64,000 nucleotides of DNA from Candidatus Oxydemutatoraceae bacterium. GTDB lineage: Bacteria > Pseudomonadota > Gammaproteobacteria > Poriferisulfidales > Oxydemutatoraceae. The stretch covers positions 1,376,001 to 1,440,000 of the forward strand of contig CBDCOZ010000003.1 in the NCBI GenBank assembly GCA_965220085.1, given 5' to 3'. A program made the translations under genes and the position numbers. The notes under the pieces were generated by a model, which was given only the letters and a program-made list of their open reading frames with translations, was not told the origin of the DNA and searched no databases. Within the stretch, counting starts at the first letter, position 1. Each line of letters opens with the position of its first letter. Positions 30,101 to 45,100 of the stretch are shown in pieces.

Positions 30101-33100
30101 GGCGCGGCTCGCCGCCGTCGATGACCGCCGCTACGTGGTAGACATGCGTCGCGCCAACGGTCGCGCTTGCGTCGTTATAGGTTGTCCGCGTGACGGCCTG
30201 CGCGCCCGTTATCGCCGTCGCGTCGCGATACACGGCGTAAGCGACGGCCGGCGCGCCCGCGCAGTGCGATGTGACGGGCGCCGACCAGAACAAGTCTCTC
30301 GATCCGGCGCCCGCTCTTGATGTCACAGCCGGACCTTCGCGCAACTGGCAGCCAAATTCCTGCCAGCTCGCGTTGCCGTCGCCGTTAAAATCAGCCTTCA
30401 GCGCGGGGTATTGCGAGGCGGCGCCGAAGTCCCAATGGTCGGTCGTGCCGCCTTCGTTCCAGTCGGCGTAGATGCCGGCGTAATCGATCGGGGTTTGCAA
30501 CTCGGCGGTCGTCTTCGCTTCGATGCCGCTTACGGTCGCGCCGGATTCCAGCGAACCGACCGCGGTCGTTTTGCCCGATGCCAGAGTATCCCAGTACGCC
30601 GCGCTCGCCGAGTAATTATTGCCGGCAAGACGGCCGCCAAAACCGCCGCTGTTCGTCGCCGCGCCGGCAATCAACGCGGTCGCATAAGCGTACTTCAGCC
30701 GCGCCGACCCCATGGAGCCGAGCAGACCGCCGGCGTTGCCGCCGGCGCCGGCGGCGCGCGATGCGGTTACAAAACCGGTCGCATAGACGTGCTCCGCGAC
30801 GCTATTCGCGTTATCGATCGCGCCGCCAATCAAACCGCCCGCCTCGGCTGCGCCGGTCACATAGCCGGTGGCATAGCTTGTACGCACCGCGCCGGCATTA
30901 TTAAAGCCGAGCAACGAACCGACCAGCATGCCGCCCTTTGCCGCGACCGCGGAATAAGACCGCTCTATCGCGCCGCCGGTCAATTCGCCGGCGATGCCGC
31001 CGATGCGGTCGTTGTTGTCGCCGCCATTGACCGATCCGCTGACGCCGATGTTTGATACCGCGCCGCCGCTGCCGATGACGCCGAACAGACCTTGGCGGTC
31101 ATTGTCATCCGCCGCGCGATTGATATATAAATTGGCGATTGTTTTGCCGTTGCCGTCGAAGGTTGTCGCGAAGGCATTCGCATCGTCGCCAATCGGCATC
31201 CACTCGACCCGGTCGTCGCCCGTTATTAATAGCGGGGAGGCGGCCGTGCTCCCGCTCGCATAACTCGCCGCATCGTCAAAGTCCAAACCGTTCGCTAACT
31301 CGTAGCCGGCGCAAGCGCCCGGGCAACCCATGCCGGCGGCGGCATCGGGGAAGGCAGCGGCGTAATCGCTCTCATTGCCTGTCGCGGGGGCGCCGTCGCC
31401 GTTCAAATCCCAGCGCACGGCATTGAGTTGTTCCAAGTCGGAAACCTCTATCAGGCCGTCGTCATCGGCGTCATAATCGCGCAAGGCTTCCGCATAGGCG
31501 CGCGCTGCCTCGCCGCCGGCGATGACCGCCGCGACGTGATACGCATATTTCTCTCCGGCAACGCGGCCGCTATCGACGTAGGCATATGTCGTCACGCCGT
31601 TGTCGGTCGCGCTGCTCACCGTGCCGCTCAATTTCGCCCCGTCACGATAGACGGCATACGCGATGGTCGGCGCGGGCGACCACGCCGCGGGAACACGCGG
31701 CGCCGTCCATGTCAATTCGCGGGTCGTCGCGTCAAAGCCGGTCGCGCTCAAGTTCTGCGGCCCTTGCCGCAACTGGTAACCGAACTCTTCCCAGCTCGCG
31801 TTGCCGTCGCCGTTAAAATCAACCTTCAGGACGGGATATTCGTCGCTGTCGCCGAAGTCCCAGTAGTCGCCGCCGCTCTCATCCCACTCGGCATAGATGC
31901 CGGAATAGGTCGTCGGGAGTTGTAACGCCGTTGTCGTCAGACCGCTGATGCCGCTGACGCTGCCATTGCCGATCGCGTTCGCTCTGACCGACGTTATCGT
32001 ATCCCAGTAAGATGCCGACACATCGCTGCTTGCTCCGCCCTTGCCGACCAAACCGCCGCTGCGGGAGCCGCTGACCAGAGTCGTCGCATAGCCGTACTTC
32101 AATTGCGCATTGCCTAACTCTCCGAGCAAGCCGCCGGATAAGCCGCCGGTGACGCCCGAAGCTGCCGCGCTGAGATAACCGGCGGCGTAGCTGTGTTCCA
32201 CCTTGCTGGCGCCCGCATCGTCGGTCACGCGACCGATTAAGCCGCCGCTCTCGGAGCGCGCGTCTACGCTGCCGCTCGCATAGCTCCTTTGCACCGTGCC
32301 GCCGTGGTTATGCCCCAGCAGCGAACCGATGAAGCGGAGCCCTCGCGCCGCTGCCGTCGAGTAGGAGTCCTCTATCGTGCCGCCGGACAATCTGCCGGCG
32401 ATGCCGCCGGCTTGGTTATTGCCGATAGCGCCGTCAGCGACTGTCACCGAACCGGTCACGCCGAGATTTGATATCGTGCCGGCGCCGATGACGCCGAACA
32501 AGCCCCGGTTGTTATTGCCGGCGGCGGCGCGGTTGATGTACAGATTGGCAATCGTATGACCGTTGCCGTCAAATGTCCCGGCGAAGTTTGCCGTGGCATC
32601 GCCGATTGGCATCCAGCCGGCAGCGCTGCCTGATGCCGCCCATGCCGCATTGACAGTGCGCGAAGCATAGCTCGTCGCGTCATCAAAATCCAAATCGCTC
32701 ATCAGTTCATAGCCGATGCAACCGCTGCCGCTCGGGCAACCCATGCCGGCAACCGCATCGGAAAACGCAGCGCTGTAATCGCTCTCCTTGCCCGTCGCGG
32801 GAGCGCCATCGCCGCCCAAGTCCCAGCGCACGGCGTTGAGTTGCTCCAAATTGGAAATCTCAATCAGGCCGTCGTCATCGCTGTCATAATCCTCCGCGGC
32901 GCCCGTCATGCCCGCGGAGCGACTCGCCTCGCCGCCGTTGATTATCGCCGCCACCTGATAGGTGTGCGGCGCGGCGGCAACGCGCCCGGTGTCGGAGTAT
33001 GTTGTCGCGCTTATCGGCGTCGCGCCCGAAATCGCGGCGCCGTCGCGATAGACGACATAGGCGACGGTCGGCGCCGACGCACAGTGTGACACATCCGGCG

Positions 33101-36100
33101 CCAACCAAACCAACTTTCGCGATGCGCCGGCGCCGGACGCGTTCAAAGACGGCCCGGCGCGCAACTGACAGCCAAATTCCTCCCAACTCGCTTCGTCGTC
33201 GCCGTCAAAGTCCGCCTTCAGCGCGGGGTATTGCGCGGCGGCGCCGAAGTCCCAGTAGTCGGTCGCATTGCCGGTAGCGTCATTCGCGTCCCAGTCGGCG
33301 TAGATGCCGTCATAGCCGGTCGGGGCTTGCAACGCCGATGTGCTCTGACCGCTGATGCCGGCGACGGTCGCGCCCGATACCGAACCGACCGCGGCGCTCT
33401 TGTTCGCGACGCTGCTGTTCCAATACGCCGCCGTCGCCGAGTAGTTATTGTTGTCCAGACGACCGGCCAGCCCGCCGCTGTTTGTCGCCGCCGAAGCAAC
33501 CAGCGCGACGGAGTAGGCGTACTTCAGTTGTGCGCGGCCCATAAGACCGAGCAGACCGCCGGCGTTGCCGCCGGCGCCGGCGGCGCGCGATGCGCTTACA
33601 AAGCCGGTCGCATAGACGTGCTCCGCGACGCTATCCGCGTTATCACTCGCGCCGCCAAACAAGCCGCCGGTCTCGGCAACGCCATCCGCATAGCCGGTGG
33701 CATAACTCGCGCGCACCGTGCCGCCGGCGTTGACGCCGAGCAACGAACCGATCAATTTGCCGCCGGCCGCCGACGCCGCCGAATAGGAGCGCTCTATCGC
33801 GCCGCCGGCCAACTCGCCCGCTATGCCGCCGGCGCGGTCGTTGTCGGCGCCGATTGAAACCGACCCGATCACGCCGAGATTCGCTATCCTGCCGCCGTTG
33901 CCGATAACGCCGAACAGCCCTTGCCGGTCATTGTTATCCGCCGCGCGATTGATATGCAAGTTTGCAATCACATGACCGTTGCCGTCAAAGGCGGCAATAA
34001 AGTTAGCCGTGTTATTGCCAATCGGCGGCCAGCCCGCTTCGCTGTCGCCGTCGCCGGGGTTGTCTGTCCAGTCTTGCGCCGATGTGTCGCCGCCGGCGTA
34101 ACTTGCCGCATCTTCAAAATCCAAATCGGTCGTCAATTCGTAGCCGTCGCATGTGTTCGGGCAACCCATGCCGGCGGGGGCATCGGGGAATGCGGTCGCA
34201 TAAGCGCTCGCATTGCCCGCCGCCGGCTCGCCGTTGCCGTCCAAATCCCAGCGCATGGCGTTGAGTTGTTCCAGATTGCCGACCTCGATTAAGTTATCGC
34301 CATCGGCATCGTAATTGACCGCTCTGACGGCGCTGCGACCCGCCTCGCCGCCGTTGATAACCGCCGCCACATGGTAGGCAATATCCGTCGCATTGCCGCC
34401 AAGCGGCGCATTATCGGCATGCGTTGTTGCGGTTAATCCGGCGGCTGCGGCGACCCCGTTGCCGTAGACAGCATAAGTAACGGTCGGCGGGTTCTTCGGC
34501 CAATGCGATGTGTCCGGCGGCGCCCAAGACAAGGCGCGCGCGCCGATCGCTTTCAATTCCTTCGGCCCTTCGCGCAACTGATAGCCGAACTCTTGCCAAC
34601 TCGCGTCGCCGTCGTTGTCAAAGTCAATCTTCAATGCCGGGTATTGGTTCGCGCTGCCAAAGTCCCAGTAGTCGCCGTCGCCCTCATCCCATTTGGCATA
34701 GATGCCGGCATAGGTCGTCGGCGCTTGCAATTCGGCGCTCGTCTTGGCCACCGCCGCGCCGGTATCTTCCGCGCCGCTGCCGGCGCCGAAACCCGCGCTG
34801 ACATCGGATGTGTCGGCGTCCCAATAGACCGCGTCGAATGTGCCGCTGTGAAATCTGCCGTTCGTGCCGACGATGCCGCCGCGCGCGCTCGCGCCGCGGG
34901 CAATCTGCGCGGTCGCGTAGCCGTACTTGAGGGTCGCATCGCCAAACCAACCGAACAGGCCGCCCGGGCTTTTCTTGTTGCCGCCGCGGGTCGCGTTCAT
35001 ATAACCGGTGGCATAGACGTGTTCCACAATCGCATCATCTTCAACGGCGCCGCTGATGCCGGCGGGTTCCCTGTCGGCATACGCATTGCCGCTCGCATAA
35101 CTCCGGCGCACCGCGCCGCCGCCGGTTATAAAACCGACCAGCGGCGACGCGCGCCAGCCGCCGCTTACCGATACCGCCGAATACGCTTCTTCTATGGCGG
35201 TATTATTCGTCTTGCCGACCAGTCCGCCGACATCCTCATTGGCGCTGCCGAGCGCTGTGACCGATCCGGTCACGCCGAGATTGGAAATCGTCGTCCTGCC
35301 GGTCTCTCCAAACAGCCCTTGCTGATTGGCATCGCGGTTAATATACAGGTTATAAATCGTGTTGCCATTGCCGTTGAAGCGCGTCGCGAACTGTGCCGTC
35401 GTGTCGCCTATCGGCATCCACCCCGCTTCGCTATCGCCGTCATCGGGATTATCTGTCCAGTCGCGCGCCGACGTGTCGCCGCCGGCATAACTCGCCGCAT
35501 CTGCAAAATCCAAGTCATTCTTTAACTCATAGCCGCTGCACGTATCGTCGCGGCAGCCCATATTCAAAGCCGCATCGGGAAAAGCGAGGGCGTAATCGTC
35601 CTCGTTGCCCGCTGCCGGGCTGCCATTGCCGTCTAAGTCCCAACGCATGGCGTTGAGTTGTTCCAGTGTTCTCACATCGATCAGACCGTTGTCATCGGGA
35701 TCATAATCTTTTTCCCTCGACGCAATACTGCTGCGGCTCGCCTCGCCGCCATTGATAACCGCCGCTACGTGGTAGGTGTGAGTCGCATCGGGGGTTGCCC
35801 CGGTGTCGCTGTAGGCAGTTGCCGCGAGCGCTCCCGTCACCGCCAGCCCGTCGCGATAGACGGCGTAGGCAATGGTCGGCGGGTTCTTCGACCAATGCGA
35901 TGTGTCCGGCGCCGTCCATGACAACATGCGACCGGCGCTTACGGCGAGGGTTTGCGGCCCTTCGCGCAACTGATAGCCGAATTCTTGCCAAGTAACCTTA
36001 TTGTCGTTGTTGAAGTCTGTCTTCAGCGCCGGGTATTGCGATGCCGTGCCGAAATCCCAGTAGTCGGTCGCGTTGCCGTTCGCGTCATTCGCGTCCCAAT

Positions 36101-39100
36101 CGGCGTAGATGCCGACATACCCCTGAGGCCCTTGCAATGCGGCGGTCGTTCTGGCTTCGATGCCGCTGACGCTTGCGCCCGCCGCCGGCGCGCCGATTGC
36201 ATTCGCTTGGCCCGATATCACGCTGTCCCCGTATGCCGCGCTCGCCGAGTACGCGTTGTCGGCAAGGTAGCCGCCGACGTTGCCGCTTGCGGGCCCGCTG
36301 ACCAAAGCCGCCGCGTAGCCGTATCGCAGTCGCATATTGCCCAACTCGCCGATCAAACCGCCGGATCGGCCGCCTGAGATGACGTAACCGGTGGCGTAGA
36401 CGTGCGACGCTGTGCTATTGCCGGCGGCATCATGAACGCGACCGATCAAGCCCCCACCCTCGGATCGCGAATTTACGACGCCGCTCGCGTAACTCCTTCG
36501 CACCGCGCCGCCGTCGTTGTGCCCGAGCAGCGAACCGTTGAAGCGGAGCCCGGTCACCGCCACCGCCGAATAAGAATCTTCTATCACGCCGCCGGATAAC
36601 GTGCCGGCGATGCCGCCGGCCCGATTGTTGCCTGTGCCGCCGGTCTCAATCGCCACCGAACCGGTGACGCCGAGCTTGGATACCGTGCCATTGCCGATAA
36701 CGCCGAACAAGCCCTGATCGTTGGCGCCGGCAGCGGCGCGGTTGATACGCAGGTTGGAGACCGTACGGCCGTTGCCGTTGAAAATCGCCGCAAAGCCGGC
36801 CGTGGTATCGCCGATCGGCGCCCAGCCGGCGCCGACCGTCCAAGAGGATTTGTTGGCGGCGGCATCGATGTAGTCATCATCGTCGTTAAAATCCAAATCG
36901 CTCATCAACTCATAGCCGCCGCAAGCGCCCGGGCAACCCATGTCGGCAAGGGCATCGGGGAAAGCGCTTATGTGCGAGGCTTCGTTACTCGAGGAGATCT
37001 TGCCATTGCCATCGAGGTCATAACGGATCGCGTCGAGTTGCTCCAAATTACGAATGTCGATCAGACCGTCGTCATCGCTGTCGTAATCATGCAGCGTCCG
37101 CCCGTAGGCGCGGGCTGCTTCGCCGCCATGGATGATCGCCGCGACCCGATAGCCATGTTTCACTGTGGCGTCTGATACCGTATCGGCGTAGGCATAAGTC
37201 ATAACACCGTTATCGATAGCGCTGCCTATGGCGCCGGCCAATAGCGTCTTGTTGCGATAGACAACGTAGCTTATGTCGGACGCCAACAGCGCGCGGTCGG
37301 GGTCGCTATCCCAGTGCGATATATCCGGCGCGGTCCACGACAGCTCGCGGGCGGCCCCGCCAAAGCCGGTAATACCAAAGTTCGTCGGGCCCTGACGCAA
37401 TTGATAGCCAAACTCTTGCCAACTTGGCATGCCGTCGTTGTCAAAATCAATCTTCAGCGCGGGGTACTGCGAAGCGGCGCCGAAATCCCAGTAGTCAGTT
37501 GCGTTGCCGTTAGAATCATTCGCGTCCCAACCGGCATAGATACCGCTATAAGCGGTCGGGGCCTGCAACTCCGCGGTTGTCTGTCCGGCGATGCCGTCGG
37601 AACTGTTTGCGCCGACCGCGGCGCTCGCGCCGGATGCTTGGGTATCCCAATACGCCGCTGCGAAGGTCGCGCCGGCATTAAAACCGCCGACACCTCCGCT
37701 GGCTGCCGCATCGGCATGGATGAGCGCGGTCGAGTAACTGTAACGCAGTCGCAAATCGTCCATGTAACCCGCTATGCCGCCGCTCCAACGCTTGGGCTCG
37801 CCGGCTGTCGGATTCACATAGCCGGTCGCGTACGCATGCTCTATGATGTTCGCGACAGAGGCGGAGCTCGCGCCTCCGATTAAACCGCCGGCTTGTTGCC
37901 GGGCGTATGCGTTGCCGGTCGCGTAACTCAAACGCACTGTGCCATTGCCGCTTACGCTGCCGGCAAGCGCGCCAACCGCGCTATTGCCCTCTGCCGATAC
38001 CGACGACCAACTCTTCTCCAAAACGCCGATAACACGCCCCGCCACGCCGCCGATATTGGCATGCCCGGTATCGCCGTGCGGCGCGCGCACCATGCCGGTT
38101 ACGCCGATGTTTGATACTGTGCCGCTGCTGCCGATAACGCCGAACAAACCTTGCTCGCCGGCGGCACGGTCGATATGCAAGTTGTATATGGCATGGCCGT
38201 TGCCGTTAAAGGTCGTCGCAAAGCGATCAGCGTTGTCTCCCAGCGGCGTCCAACCTTCGCCCGTCGTCCATGCCGCATCGACAGCGCCAAATATGTAACT
38301 GGCGGCCTCGTTGAAGTCCAGGCCCTTGGTTAATTCATAACCGGCACAAACTTCGCTCGGGCAACCCATGCCGTCTTGGGAGTCGGGAAATGCCCGCATG
38401 TAGTCGCCGCGGGTATCGGAGCTGACCCTGCCATCGCCGTCCAGATCCCAACGCAACGCATTGAGTTGCTCTAAGTTGGAAATTTCAATCAAGCCGTCAT
38501 CATTATCGTCATAGTCGTTTGTTCGTCCCGAGCGGACAAAGCTGCGGCTTGCTTCGCCGCCGTTGATGACAGCGGCCACCAAGTATGCGTACTCCGAACC
38601 GGCTTGGCGACCGGTATCGGCGTATGTTCTCTCGGAGATATTCGTCGCATCGGCTATCGCCTCCCCGTCGCGATAGATGTTGTATGCGAGGGTCGGCGCG
38701 GGCGCACAGTGTGATGTGTCCGGCGCGATCCAAGACAGCGTTCTTGTTGTGGCAGTGCCGACCGCTATCAAAGACAATGGCCCGGCGCGCAGCTGGCAAC
38801 CGAACTCCTGCCAGGTCGCCGCATGATCGCGATTGACATCGGCCTTCAGCGCCGGATATTGGCTTGCCGTGCCGAAATCCCAATGGTCGGTCGCGTTGCC
38901 GTTAGCATCATTCGCGTTCCAGTCGGCATAGATGCCGTCGTATCCCGCGGGGGCTTGCAACGCCGATGTCATAAGACCCGTGATACCGGAGACAGCGCCG
39001 ACGCCGGACGCATCGGCCCCGTTGGACGCGACGGTATCCCAATACGCCTCCTCGAATGTTCCCGCGCCATCGCCGCTGACGCCGCCCGCGAAAGCCCCCG

Positions 39101-42100
39101 TCGGCAGCGCCGTTGCATAAGCATAGCGCACGGTCGCGCCGACACCGACGCCGATCAATCCGCCCACGGCAGCCGCAGACACCGAGCCGGTCGCGTAGAC
39201 ATGTTCAACTGTTGCTGCAGTACTTGCACTGCCGCCGACCAGACCGCCGCCCGAAACAGCCGCATTGACACTGCCTGTCGCATAGCTTATGCGCAGCGTA
39301 CCACCGTCAATATGGCCTAGCAGAGAACCCGTATGCCCGCCGCCCGATACCGTCGCCTCCGAATAAGACCGTTCTATCGCGCCGCCGATTAGCTCGCCCG
39401 CTATGCCGCCGATTCGGTCATTGGCGCCGCCGGCCGAGACCGAACCGCCTACGCGGAAGTTTGACACCACGGCGCCGTTACCGATGGCGCCGAACAGACC
39501 CTGGCCGTCATTATTATCCGCCGCGCGGTCGATATGCAATCCGGCGACGCCGTTGCCGTTGCCGTCGAATGTCGCTGCGAACGGGGCGGCGCGATTGCCT
39601 ATCGGCGGCCAACCTTCGCCCGTCGTCCATGCCGCGCTGACGGCGCCGTCGGCATAGTCGCCGCTGTCATCAAAGTCCAAATCGGCGACCAGCTCATAAC
39701 CGACGCAGGCGTCATTGACGCAACCCATGTCCGGAATCGCTCCGCTGAAAGCGGCCTCGTAAGCCGTCGTGTTGTCGGCGGATGCCGCGCCACCGCCGCC
39801 CAAATCCCAACGCACTGCGTTGAGTTGCTCCAGCGTGCTGATTTCTATCAGACCATCGCTGTCGCTGTCGTAGTCTGTCATTCTTGTGTCGACAACGCTG
39901 CGGACAGACTCGCCGCCGTTGATAATCGCCGCCACGACATAGTCGGGGGCGGCATCCGCGCTCAGTTGTTCGCTGTCAACATAAGTCGTGCCGACGATGC
40001 TTGTGGCGTTGCTTAAGGCATGCCCGTCACGATAGACCGCATAGGTGACGGCGGGCGGCGACGACCAATGCGATGTGTCCGGCGCGTCCCAGGTTACGGT
40101 TCTGGTTGACGCATCGCCGATTGCCAGCGCATTGCCCGGCCCGCTACGCAACTGATAGCCGAATTCCTCCCAACTCGCCATGCCGTCGTTGTTAAAATCA
40201 ATCTTCAGCGCCGGGTATTGCGAAGCGGAGCCAAAGTCCCAATAATCGGTCGAGCCGCCTTCGTCCCAGTCGGCGTAGATGCCCTCATAGCCGGTCGGGG
40301 CTTGTAGCTGAGCGGTCGCATAGCCGGCGGTGCCGGCACTCGGTCCTTGCCCGACCCCTCTGCTCACGGCGGATGTCTCAAGGTCCCAATACGCCGATGC
40401 ATAAACCATCTGTCCATCGTCGTTGACACCGGCTATGCCGCCGTGCCTGCCGTCGGGGGAGGCAAAGACAGCCGCGGTCGCGTAGCCGTAACGCAGGCGC
40501 GAGCCGGCCGAATAGCCCAACAAACCGCCGCCCCAACGCTGCAAGCCGATAGTCGCCGCATTGACATAGCCGGCGGCATACACATGCTCTATCGCGCTGC
40601 TCCCGCCTATGCCTCCAATCAGACCGGCGGCCTGCTGCCGGGCTATTGCGCTGCCGGTGCCATAACTCAAACGCACCGTGGCGCCGGTCGCGCCGCCGAC
40701 GAGCGGGGCGACCGCAAAATTTCCCCGCACCGATACCGACGACCAATTCTTCTCCGCCGTGCCGCCGGCTGCTAACTCGCCGATCAAGCCGCCGATAGCG
40801 CTATCCTCGTCGGTATCATCCATCGAAGCCAATACCGAACCGGTGATGCCGACGTTTGATACCGTGCCGTTGCTGCCGACGCTGCCGAACAAGCCCTGCT
40901 CGGTCGCGGCGCTGCGATCGATATGCAGGTTGTAGATGGCATTGCCGTTACCATTGAATGTCGCGGAAAATCGGTTGGCGACGGCGCCTATCGGCAACCA
41001 GCCCTCCCCGCTCTCGCCTTTGCTCCAGCCATTGTCAACGCCGCCGGCATAGCTCGCCGCATCGTCAAAGTCCAGATCCTTTTCCAATTCATAGCCGACG
41101 CAAACGCCGGCACCGCAACCCATATCAGCCATAGGGTTTAAAAAAGCGCCGTAATAGCCGTTGGCGGTCGGAGCGCCGTCGCCATCCAAGTCCCAGCGCA
41201 GCGCATTGAGTTGCTCCAAATTGCTGATTTCTATCAGACCGTTGTCATCGCTGTCGTAATCAACCGGATCAAACTCAACGACGCTGCGCGCGGCCTCGCC
41301 GCCATTGACGACCGCCGCGACATAGTAGGCGTATGTGGCGGTTGCTATCGCCGATGTATCGGAATAAGTCAGCGCAGTTATCCCCGTCGCAAGCGCCGCC
41401 GCCTGATCATCGCGATACACGTTGTAAGCAACAGTCGGCGGAGTCGTCCAGTGTGATGTCTCCGGCGCGGTCCAAGCGACAGGCGCGCCGGACTCGCCGC
41501 TGGGACCCGCTATAATCAAATCGCGCGGCCCCTCGCGCAGCTGATAGCCGAATTCCTGCCACCTTGCCATACTGTCGCCGTTAAAATCAATCTTCAATAC
41601 GGGGTATTGCGAGGCGTCGCCGAAGTCCCAGTAGTCGGCGGCATTGCCATCGTCCCAGTCGGCGTAGATGCCGTCATAACCGGTCGGCTCTTGCAACTCG
41701 GCGGTCATCTTGGCGGCCGGCCCGACCGCCTCAGCGGCGGTTTGAATGCTGCCATAGGCCGCGCCGACGGCGGATGTGTCGGCGTCCCAATAGACCGCGT
41801 CAAATGCGGTCACTTGACTGTCATTATGTCCGGCTATGCCGCCGCGCTCGGCGCCGCCGGAAGCAATCTGCGCGGTCGCATAGCCGTACTTGACGGTTGA
41901 TTCGCCTAGCCGGCCGAACAGGCCGCCCGGGCGTTTGTCACCGTCGCCGCCTATGTAACCGGCGGCATAGACATGCTCCGCGACGGCGCCACCCAGAAGG
42001 GCGCCGGCTATGCCCGCGGGTTCGTTGTCAGCAGAGACGTTGCCGGTCGCATAACTGCGGCGCACCGCGCCGCCCGTTATCCGGCCGACCAACGGAGCGG

Positions 42101-45100
42101 AGCGGGACGCTCCCGTCACCGCTGCCGCCGAATACGCTTCTTCTATCGTCGTATCATCTGCCCTGCCAATCAGGCCGCCGACATCGGTGTCAGAGCTGCC
42201 GCTCGCCGTCACCGACCCGGTCACGCCGAGATTGCCAATCGTCGCGCCGTCGGCATAGCCAAATAATCCTTGCTGATTCCCGTCACGCTCAATGTACAGG
42301 TTATAAATGGTGCGACCGTTGCCTTTGAGTGTCCCGGTAAATTTGTCGCCCGCATCTCCGATTGGCAGCCAATTAACCCTCGTCTCGCCTTGCATCAGCA
42401 AGGGAGAAACCGCCATGCTGCCGCTCGCATAGTCCGCCGGGTCATCAAAGTCCAAATCGAATTCCAACTCATAACCGCCGCAAGCGCCGCCGCCGCAACC
42501 CATGTTTGCGATGGCCTCGGGAAAAGCGGCATCATAATTTGCCTGATCGCCGGCGGCGACAGCGCCATTGCCGTCCAAATCCCAGCGCATGGCATTGAGT
42601 TGTTCCAGATTGGAAATTTCAATCAAACCATCGTCATCGCTGTCGTAATCCTGCGGGTTGGATTGCGCGACCAGACTGCGGCTCGCTTCGCCGCCATTGA
42701 CGACCGCCGCTACGTGATAGGCGTATTCGTTGCCGCCGATTAACGGCGCGTCGGCGTCGGTGTGACTTGTGGCGGCCAGCCCCGAGGCGTTAGCCAGAGC
42801 GGTTCCGTTGCGATACACATTGTAGGTAATTGTCGGCGGCGCGGCGCTCCAATGGCTCGTATCCGGCGCACTCCAGCTCAGCGCGTTGGAATTGCCGTCG
42901 CGCACCGCTATGGCGGTCATCGGCCCTTCGCGCAACTGATAGCCGAACTCTTGCCAAGTAACCTTATTGTCGTTGTTGAAGTCAATCTTCAGCGCCGGGT
43001 ATTGGCTTGCGCTGCCGAAATCCCAGTAGTCGGTCGTGTCGCCCTCGTCCCAGTCGGCGTAGATGCCGGCATAGGTCGTCGGCGCCCGCAGTTCGGCGCT
43101 CGTCCGGGCGGTGATGCCGGCGCCGGAACCGCCTCCCACCGCATTGGTCTTGCCCGAGGTCTCGGTGTTCCAATAGACCGCGTCAAACGCAGCGCCTTGG
43201 CCGGGATTTTGCCCGCCCAGACCGCCGCTTAGGTTGGCGGCGGGATGTACGAGCGCGACGGAATACGCATATTTAAGTTGCACCCTGCCCAAGTAACCGA
43301 TCAAACCGCCGCCCCACTTCATGGCGCCGCCTCGGGTTGGGTTGACAAACCCGGTCGCATACGCGTGTTCCACTCTGCTGCCCGTCTGATCGTGATGAAC
43401 GCCGCCGCTCAGACCGCCGGCCTCGCTATTGGCTTCCGCGTTGCCGGTGGCATAGCTCAAGCGCAATGTGCCCTTCTCGTTGATGCCCAATAGCGAACCG
43501 ACCAGCTTGTTCCCTTCGGTCATCACGCTTGAATAAGACTTTTCTATCGTGCCCTCGTTCAACTGACCGGCGATACCGCCGACGCGCTCGCTGCTGCCGC
43601 CGAGCGAGACCGAACCGGTCACGCCGAGGTTTGATATCACGCCGTCGCTGCCGACAACGCCGAACAAACCCTGAAGATTCGCGACGCGGTTGACATACAG
43701 GTTATAAATCGTATGACCGGCGCCATCGAATGTCGTCTTGAGGCGATTGTTATTGCCTCCGATCGACGCCCAGCCGTCGCCGCTCGTCCACTCCGCATTG
43801 ACGACGCCGCTGCGATAGCTTCCCGGGTCGTTAAAATCCAAGTCGCGCGTCAATTCATAACCGGCGCAGGCGCTGTGACAGCCCATGCCGTCGAGAGCCG
43901 AGTGAAAAGCCTCGCCATACGCCGGCGCATTGCCCGCGCTGGCGCCGCCGTCGCCATTGTCCAAGTCCCAGCGTATCGCGTTCAATTGCTCCAGCGTACT
44001 GATCTCGATCAGGTTGTCGTCGTCCGTATCGTAATCTATCCCTCCGGATACGATAACGCTGCGCGCCGCCTCGCCGCCGTTAACAACCGCCGCGACATGA
44101 TATGTGTGATCGGCGTTCGCCGTCGCCGTCGCATCGCCATAGCTCAGAGCGCCGATGCCCGCGACCAGCAGTTCGGTTGACGCGCCCGAGCGGTAAACAT
44201 TGTAGGCGACGGCGGGCGGCAGCGACCAGTGCGACACATCGGGCGCGACCCAAGTCAATGTGCGATCGGCGCCGCGCCCGACCGCGCTCAAATAGCGCGG
44301 GCCTTCGCGCAACTGGTAACCGAATTCCTCCCATCTCGCCTCGCCGTCGCCGTCAAAATCAACTTTCAGCGCCGGATATTGCGAGGCGTCGCCGAAGTCC
44401 CAATAGTCGGTCGGATTGCCGTCGGCGTCATTCGGGTTCCAGTTGGCGTAGATGCCGACATATCCCCCGGGAGTTTGCAGTTCGGCGGTCGTCTTGGAAC
44501 TCGGCCCGAGCGCCTCGGCGGCGGTTTGAATGCCGCCATAGGCTTCGCTGACGGCGGACACATCGGTATCCCAATAGACTGCGTTAAACGCGGTCACTTG
44601 ATCATCGTTATATCCGGCGATACCGCCGCGCTCGGCGGCGCCGAGAGCAATCTGCGCGGTCGCATAGGCGTATCCGACGGTTGCAGCGCCCATCCGACCG
44701 AACAAACCGCCCGCCCGCGCGCTATCGCCGTCGCCTATGTAACCGGCGGCATAGACGTGCTCCGCGACGGCGCTCCCTTGAATCATGCCGGCTATGCCCG
44801 CGGCTCCGTTATCGGCGGATGCGGCGCCGGTCGCATAACTGCGGCGCACCGCGCTGCCATTGGTCAAAAAGCCCGCCAGCGGCGAGGCGCGAAATTCCCC
44901 GCCCGTCACCGTTGCCGCCGAATAGACTTGTTCTATCGTCGTGTCATCGGCCTTGCCAATCAGGCCGCCGACATCGGTGTTAGAGCTGCCGGTCGCCGTC
45001 ACCGACCCGGTCACGCCGAGATTGCTAATCGTCGCGCCGTCGGCATGACCGAACAATCCTTGCTGATTCCCGTCGCGCTCAATGCGCAGGTTATAAATGG